64,000 nt of DNA from an uncultured Spirochaetota bacterium (GTDB lineage: Bacteria; Spirochaetota; UBA4802; UBA5550): assembly GCA_942493035.1 (NCBI GenBank), contig OW818666.1:3936813-4000812 (forward strand), written 5' to 3'. Positions 58,438-64,000 of this stretch are shown one piece after another; the first letter of the stretch is position 1; each line of letters begins with the position of its first letter. A program made the position numbers and the translations under genes. The notes below the pieces were generated by a model. It had not been told where the DNA came from. It worked only from the letters and a program-made list of their open reading frames with translations, and did not search any database.

Positions 58438-59196
58438 TTATTGAGTCAGTTTTCTTATTATATCGTCGGCACACTTTTTTCCGGACAGAAGCATCCCTCC
58501 GAAGATGGGACCCATACGCGGTGAACCGAAGTATCCGCATGCAGCCATTCCTGTTACGTATAAGCCGGGATAAATTTCTCTGGTATTTTCTACAGTCATC
58601 AATTCACCCATATCTGAATTCATTGGAGCTTCACCTTTGGGCGGATCAATAATCCCGCGTTTTGCAAGCATTGAAACTATTGCAGAGGGGTGGCCCGTTG
58701 AATCTACAACAATATCCGATGAAATCATAAGCGGATCAACATGAAGACCCGTTGCTCTTACCGGTGACCAGTTTATAACAACTCCGCTCATTGCGCCATT
58801 TTTGACTGATACATCTTCCACTTCAACAGTATTAAAAATGGTCAGACCTGCATCGACAGCATGTGCAGTTAACTTTGCTGCCATTTCCACTGAATCGAGA
58901 GAATAATAATCGCCGGGATGTTCGGTAAGGTGCAGAGAGAATTCTCTTGCTATCGGTATACTCTCCTTCTGCAGTATAACCCTGTTCATCATCATACCGC
59001 CGCCCCATACTCCGCCACCTATAGAAAGCTTGCTTTCGAAGAGTGCAGTTTTAATACCGGCGTGTGAAAGGTAGTATCCAAGGACAACTCCCGACGGACC
59101 TCCTCCGACTATTACAACCTGATTTCTCAGGTGTGCCAACAGCTTTGCTGAAAATGTTTCGATTACCAGTTGAGAAATTATTGATTCATCAAGCAT
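58438..59196 (-). CDS. thi4: Thi4-family thiazole synthase
   Basis: 252 aa; VVIVGGGPSGVVLGYYL dinucleotide fold and SIGGGVWGGGMMMN; GGAGG SD; TPP riboswitch upstream. Confidence 0.85.
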   Translation of the reverse strand: MLDESIISQLVIETFSAKLLAHLRNQVVIVGGGPSGVVLGYYLSHAGIKTALFESKLSIGGGVWGGGMMMNRVILQKESIPIAREFSLHLTEHPGDYYSLDSVEMAAKLTAHAVDAGLTIFNTVEVEDVSVKNGAMSGVVINWSPVRATGLHVDPLMISSDIVVDSTGHPSAIVSMLAKRGIIDPPKGEAPMNSDMGELMTVENTREIYPGLYVTGMAACGYFGSPRMGPIFGGMLLSGKKCADDIIRKLTQ

Positions 59197-59224
59197 GGTT
59201 CCTCCGTTTTATATTTTAAAAAAT

Positions 59225-59362
59225 AAAAAAGCCGCGTACGGAGGAACGCGGCATATACATTGATAATCTATAGTTATTGTACTGCCGTTTCCCTCCGCCG
59301 GTATTAACCGGATCAGGTAAAAAGGGTATAATCTCAGCACGCATTTACTGCGGCACCCCTAA
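59225..59362 (-). promoter_or_regulatory. TPP (THI-box) riboswitch with terminator expression platform
   Basis: Minus strand reads UAGGGGUGCCGCAGUAAAUGCGUGCUGAGAUUAUACCCUUUUACCUGAUCCGGUUAAUACCGGCGGAGGGAAACGG, then hairpin GCCGCGUUCCUCCGUACGCGGC plus U-run, then GGAGGAA SD and the thi4 AUG. Confidence 0.9.
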
Positions 59363-59534
59363 CGGTAAAAATTTTATCAAAGAACTGATTTATTAAAAAA
59401 TCTACCGGGCATTGATGTCAATTAATTATTATATTTTTAATCTAATAAAAATATAATAATTTAAAGCGCTGTGAATTTCTATTATAAACAAGCCAGTGTC
59501 GAAAAACCATGATTCTAAAAACTAGCTGATATTA

Positions 59535-59867
59535 TTAACCTGCTATTTCTCTTTTCATCGCTTCGAATTCTTCTTTTGTTATTTCACCTTTTGCATAACG
59601 TAACTTTAATATTTCCAGAGGCTTTTCTTTACCCCCTGACAAAAAACCATCTTTTTTAAAATAGTTAATTCCCAAGAAAATCAATAGGCCCAGAATAACT
59701 AATGAAAAAATTCCCATAAAGATACCTCCACCATTAAAAAATTCGAACCAGTGCGGTCCCATGAATCCATCATAACCGCATCCGCTGCCTCCTCTCCAGG
59801 CATATAATGTGTTTGCTGTGAAAGATAAAAATAAACCGGTCATAACTATAATTAACCACTTTTTCAT
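59535..59867 (-). CDS. Membrane protein with C-terminal SHOCT domain
   Basis: About 110 aa from ATG 59867 (AAGAGG SD); two TM helices; C-terminus LEILKLRYAKGEITKEEFEAMKREIAG. Confidence 0.6.
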   Translation of the reverse strand: MKKWLIIVMTGLFLSFTANTLYAWRGGSGCGYDGFMGPHWFEFFNGGGIFMGIFSLVILGLLIFLGINYFKKDGFLSGGKEKPLEILKLRYAKGEITKEEFEAMKREIAG

Positions 59868-59981
59868 AATCTTTAACCTCTTAATTTTAATTGTTAGACC
59901 TGATAAAAAGAAGAAAGGTTCCATTATGATATTTTTTCAGTAATTATTCCTGAATATAATTTTAGTGAAAAAAACTAAAAT

Positions 59982-60021
59982 TATATATCCCCGCCACCGA
60001 AGACGGCGGGGATAATAGAGC
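59982..60021 (+). repeat. Hairpin-repeat family B copy
   Basis: TATATATCCCCGCCACC-GAAG-ACGGCGGGGATAATAGAG. Confidence 0.5.
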
Positions 60022-60138
60022 CTTTATATAGATGCTTGCAGTTTTTTGAAGAGAACTAAAATTATCTTCATAGTTAAAAAATGGTTGCAGAGGCGTCATA
60101 AATTAAGTAAATATATTTATACAGTTAAGGAGATTTTC

Positions 60139-61206
60139 ATGAAGATATTAAAAAAAATTACTATTGCAGTATTGAGTTTTTTCCTTATTTTATTTGGGCT
60201 TTTCTATTTTTCAACATTTCATCCTGATGAGATTCAGAAAGAGAAATTTGTAACAGGAGAAAATCTCCCTCTTCTTCAAAAAGGGAAAGAATACAAAGTG
60301 CTTTCATGGAATGTGCAGTACATGGCCGGAAAAAATTACGTTTTTTTCTACGATGAATGGGATGGTTCGGGTCCTGATATCCGACCTACTGCAGAGGATA
60401 TAGCCGTTACTTTTAAACGTGTTGCTGAGATAATTAAAAATGAAAATCCCGATTTTATTCTTTTACAGGAGATGGATTGTGATGCCAAACGGACTGATCG
60501 TCAGGATCAGATGGCGGAACTGCTGAAACTTCTCCCGTCAGAATATGCATCATATACAGATTCATACTACTGGAAGGCGGCATTTGTTCCACACCCTCAA
60601 ATAATGGGAAGAGTGGGAATGAAAGTTTCTATAATCTCAAAATATAAGATTCAAAGCGCAACAAGATATCAGCTTCCGCTGATGCCTAATAATTATATAG
60701 TTGAAAACCTTCAGTTTAAAAGAGCTGTACTTGAAGCTGCTTTTCCTGTTAAAAACGGGGAGAGTATTTCTCTGATGTCTACTCATCTTGATGCTTTTGC
60801 ACAGGGATCGGATACTATGCAGAAACAGGTGCAGTATATTTCAGATCTTCTAACAGATAAGAGCAATAAGAAACGTGATTGGATTATCGCTGGAGATTTT
60901 AATCTGCTCCCTCCCGGAAACAGTTATGATTTTTTACCGGAAAATGAAAAACAATATTTTCAGAAAGATAGTGAAATGAAAGTTTTATATGATAAATTCA
61001 ATGTTCTTCCTACTTTGGGAAACATGCTGAAAAACAGAAATGCGTATTTTACACATTTTGCAAATTATAATAAGGAAGCAGATAGAACTATTGATTATGT
61101 GATTCATTCAGACAAAGTTAGAATGACTAATTTTTATGTAAGATCAAAAGATACGAAAGATATTTCGGATCATTTTCCGGTTATTATGAAGTTTGTAATA
61201 AATTAA
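60139..61206 (+). CDS. Membrane-anchored endonuclease/exonuclease/phosphatase (EEP) family protein
   Basis: About 355 aa from ATG 60139 (AAGGAG SD); N-terminal TM helix; EEP motifs (LSWNVQY, LLQEMD, IIAGDFN, SDHFPV). Confidence 0.75.
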   Translation: MKILKKITIAVLSFFLILFGLFYFSTFHPDEIQKEKFVTGENLPLLQKGKEYKVLSWNVQYMAGKNYVFFYDEWDGSGPDIRPTAEDIAVTFKRVAEIIKNENPDFILLQEMDCDAKRTDRQDQMAELLKLLPSEYASYTDSYYWKAAFVPHPQIMGRVGMKVSIISKYKIQSATRYQLPLMPNNYIVENLQFKRAVLEAAFPVKNGESISLMSTHLDAFAQGSDTMQKQVQYISDLLTDKSNKKRDWIIAGDFNLLPPGNSYDFLPENEKQYFQKDSEMKVLYDKFNVLPTLGNMLKNRNAYFTHFANYNKEADRTIDYVIHSDKVRMTNFYVRSKDTKDISDHFPVIMKFVIN

Positions 61207-61212
61207 AAAAAT

Positions 61213-61248
61213 GGATCATCCGGTAGTGATGCTGATACCGGATGATCC
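61213..61248. terminator. Hairpin terminator with 13-bp perfect stem, bidirectional
   Basis: GGATCATCCGGTA-GTGATGCTGA-TACCGGATGATCC between convergent genes. Confidence 0.6.
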
Positions 61249-61280
61249 GCAATTAACTAATGTGTGTTTTCAAAATATAA

Positions 61281-62858
61281 TCAAGCCACTACCTCTACAC
61301 TCGAATCATCTGAGATAATAACATTCAGTTTGTCCGCAAGTTGTTTAAGTTTTACATAATTAGTTTTTAGTATCTGCGCACTGCCGGCAATGTTCTGTAC
61401 AATTGAACTGGTGTTATCTATTGAAACTACAATTTCATTAATGGCTGTTGATTGTTCTGAACTTGCATTCTTTATGATTTCCGATTTCTCCTGAACACTG
61501 CCGGTTTTATCGAGCATATCATGCTGAATAACGCTTTGCTTTAAAATTGTTTCCATGGTTTCTGTTGCTTTTTTTTCTGCGGCAATAAGAGATGTCCCTA
61601 TACTTTCAATGAATTTGACTATCTCTCCGACTATGATACCGGATGATTCCATATCTTTGCGGTTATTGCTTATCAGATCTTTTATCTTACTCAATTCAAT
61701 TGTGGAGTTATCTGCAAGTTTTCCCACTTCATCGGCAACAACACCGAAACCGCGTCCATGTTCTCCGGCTCTGGCTGCTTCGATAGATGCATTGAGAGCA
61801 AGGAGATTTATTCTTTCAAAAAAATCATCCATAATGTCAGCAATGCTCTGCATATTTATGGAGTTCGCAAGTATCTTGCTGTTTATATCGCTTATAGCCT
61901 GAGATGATTTTTTTCCGCTCAAAGCGATAGAGGTGATAACAGCAAACTCATTCTGCAGATCAACTCCGTATATCTGAAGCTGGTTTATAAGTTCATAAAG
62001 TGAATGTATGCTGCTTCCGAGTTCTGAAACGGATTCGTTCTGATTTGCCGCTGCATTATCTACATTTACTGTATTTGCAGAGATCTCTTCCATTGATGCA
62101 GCAAGTTCTTCAATTGTTGCAGCCTGAGTCTGAGTACTGATAAATATATCTGTTATAACATCCTCTGTTGAATTTATGGATGTTGTAAGCTCATTGTATG
62201 ATGTGCGGATTGTTTCAATCAGGTGAGTTATATATTCATTTTTTTCTGATGTGATTTTCGCTTCATTTTCACTTGCGCTTATTGCAAGACGAAGAAATTT
62301 CATTACAAAGTATGTAATGGTATATGTCAGGATAATTGACACTATCCCCATTATTGTTCCTGCACGTATAAGCTCAATTTTATCAGCAGCTCCGGCAGTT
62401 GCCATTGATGAATCAAAACGGCTCTGATTCCATATAAAAAGGCCTATTATAAGAAATACGACAATAAACTGAATAATTCTTGGTGCAAACATTGCAGCTA
62501 AGACAAGCATGGGATAAACAAAATATATAATCGTTACCATTGTTATTTCAGGGGTCCGGGCTTCTGCTCCTCCAATCGAAATGAGACATTGAAAAAGTAC
62601 AAAAAATGAGGCAGCGCTGCTCAGTTTTCCTCTGTATATCAGGAAGATGGTAATTACAGCAGATGTAATGGAACTTAAGCAGGAGACTGCCAGCTTCATG
62701 AAATCTATTCTGCCGATGAAAATAAAGAATGTTGTAATCATTAGTAATAAAAATATGAAAGCAATGACGAAAAGAAACTGCGCGCTTGAACGTTCTACTA
62801 TTCCTTTATTATTGTAATTATGAAAAAGTCTTTTTTTTAAACCCATGAAAAGTACCAT
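61281..62858 (-). CDS. Methyl-accepting chemotaxis protein with N-terminal multi-TM domain
   Basis: 525 aa; several TM helices, then MCP signalling domain ([31 protein letters not shown]). Confidence 0.85.
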   Translation of the reverse strand: MVLFMGLKKRLFHNYNNKGIVERSSAQFLFVIAFIFLLLMITTFFIFIGRIDFMKLAVSCLSSITSAVITIFLIYRGKLSSAASFFVLFQCLISIGGAEARTPEITMVTIIYFVYPMLVLAAMFAPRIIQFIVVFLIIGLFIWNQSRFDSSMATAGAADKIELIRAGTIMGIVSIILTYTITYFVMKFLRLAISASENEAKITSEKNEYITHLIETIRTSYNELTTSINSTEDVITDIFISTQTQAATIEELAASMEEISANTVNVDNAAANQNESVSELGSSIHSLYELINQLQIYGVDLQNEFAVITSIALSGKKSSQAISDINSKILANSINMQSIADIMDDFFERINLLALNASIEAARAGEHGRGFGVVADEVGKLADNSTIELSKIKDLISNNRKDMESSGIIVGEIVKFIESIGTSLIAAEKKATETMETILKQSVIQHDMLDKTGSVQEKSEIIKNASSEQSTAINEIVVSIDNTSSIVQNIAGSAQILKTNYVKLKQLADKLNVIISDDSSVEVVA

Positions 62859-62942
62859 TTTTTCCTCTCTTGCGGATAAGGCTTTTTTATATATTTTTTT
62901 GGAAATTTTTTTTAAATTTAATTTTTAGTATAAAAAAAAGAA

Positions 62943-63015
62943 TTATATATCCCCGCCGCCGAAGGGGGCGGGGATAATAGAACTTTTTTTACTTCAGAAA
63001 AGTTAAAGAATAAAT
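62943..63015 (+). repeat. Hairpin-repeat family B copy
   Basis: TATATATCCCCGCCGCC-GAAG-GGGGCGGGGATAATAGAAC, T-run, TTCAGAAAAGTTAAAGAATAAATGC. Confidence 0.55.
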
Positions 63016-63124
63016 GCATATTTTATTGATCCTGAATTCATATAATTCTGTTTTATTAAAAAATTGAGCCGGACTTTAATCCGGCTCGATGAAAGTTCAG
63101 GAAGTATGAATAGAGAATTGATCT

Positions 63125-63880
63125 TTAGAAAATTGTATATCCTCCATCTATCTGGTACGCTGCTCCGTGAATGAAAGAAGAATCATCAGAAGCAAGGAAG
63201 AGCGCTAGTTTTGCTACCTCTTCAGATTTTCCCGGTCTACCGGCCGGTGAAGCTTTGATTTTCATGTTCAGAGGGTGCTGAGGCATTTCAAGAACTCTCT
63301 GTATCATCGCGGTTTCAATTGGTCCGGGACAGATAGCATTTGTTCTGATCCCCTGTGGTCCATGCATAAAAGCGAGCTGTCTTGTAAAACCAAGAAGGCC
63401 ATGTTTAGCTGCTGTATACACAAGTCCGCCGCGGCCTGCAGCAAAAGATGCCATAGAAGCTATATTGATAATGTTTCCTTTTCCGTTTTTAACCATGTGA
63501 GGTATAGCTTTTTTAGATGCGAGGAAGGGGCCTTTAAGATTTACAGCCATTACCTGATCCCACTCTTCAATTGTTGTGTCGAATATTGATGAGAGAGTTC
63601 CGCCAATGCCGGCGTTGTTTACAAGTATGTCGATCTTTCCGAAATCGGAGACAGTTTTGTTCATCAGATTTTCAACATCAGATTCTTTTGATGCGTCAGC
63701 CTGAACAAAGATCGCGGTTCCCCCCTCTTTCTTTATAAGGTCAACGGTTGCTTCTCCTGTATCTTTAAGGAAATCTGATACAACAACTTTTGCTCCCTCT
63801 TTTGCGTACTCTCTGGCGATCTCGCGTCCTATTCCGCTTCCGGCGCCGGTTACTATTGCAACTTTATCTTTTAATTTCAT
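63125..63880 (-). CDS. SDR-family oxidoreductase (3-oxoacyl-ACP reductase-like)
   Basis: 251 aa; TGAGSGIG Rossmann motif, NNAG, catalytic YTAAK. Confidence 0.9.
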   Translation of the reverse strand: MKLKDKVAIVTGAGSGIGREIAREYAKEGAKVVVSDFLKDTGEATVDLIKKEGGTAIFVQADASKESDVENLMNKTVSDFGKIDILVNNAGIGGTLSSIFDTTIEEWDQVMAVNLKGPFLASKKAIPHMVKNGKGNIINIASMASFAAGRGGLVYTAAKHGLLGFTRQLAFMHGPQGIRTNAICPGPIETAMIQRVLEMPQHPLNMKIKASPAGRPGKSEEVAKLALFLASDDSSFIHGAAYQIDGGYTIF

Positions 63881-63944
63881 AATTCAAAACCTCATTTAAT
63901 ATTAAAATATTATTGAATTTCAACAAACTGCTTTATATAACCAT

Positions 63945-63985
63945 CCGGCCCCCAACCCCCGGAGTCGGGCTTTGGGATAATAATA
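63945..63985 (+). repeat. Degenerate GC hairpin, possibly family B-related
   Basis: CCCAACCCCCGGAGTCGGGCTTTGGGATAATAATAA. Confidence 0.3.
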
Positions 63986-64000
63986 AAAACGTTAAAAATT

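Overview
AT-rich bacterial chromosomal segment, most likely from a spirochete (two tandem FlaB-type core flagellin genes, several TPR proteins, two chemoreceptors, c-di-GMP enzymes). About 50 protein genes; no rRNA, tRNA, CRISPR array or prophage recognised. Core genes include ppdK, alaS, guaA, purE, yebC-ruvC, tgt, a DEAD-box helicase, a beta-CASP ribonuclease, an amino-acid ABC transporter and butyrate-type acyl-CoA enzymes. Unusual content: (1) a REP-associated tyrosine transposase (RAYT) flanked by a tandem REP array, with a REP-like segment inside its own coding sequence; (2) a second, widespread GC-rich hairpin repeat family (at least 10 copies) with compensatory stem changes and a conserved flanking module; (3) a MarR / small ORF / two SPL-Gp37-family radical SAM cassette with shared palindromic operators and a decayed PPOX-like gene, sitting between two acyl-CoA operons that share a 24-nt upstream motif; (4) tRNA-guanine transglycosylase fused to an MnmC2-like methyltransferase domain; (5) a TPP riboswitch upstream of thi4, next to a B12-binding radical SAM gene. 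No complete canonical defence system was recognised. All calls come from reading the sequence and ORF track by eye; no searches were run. Coordinates of small motifs are approximate (+-2 nt). The ORF track uses GTG/TTG as M, so several starts were moved to an ATG with a Shine-Dalgarno.
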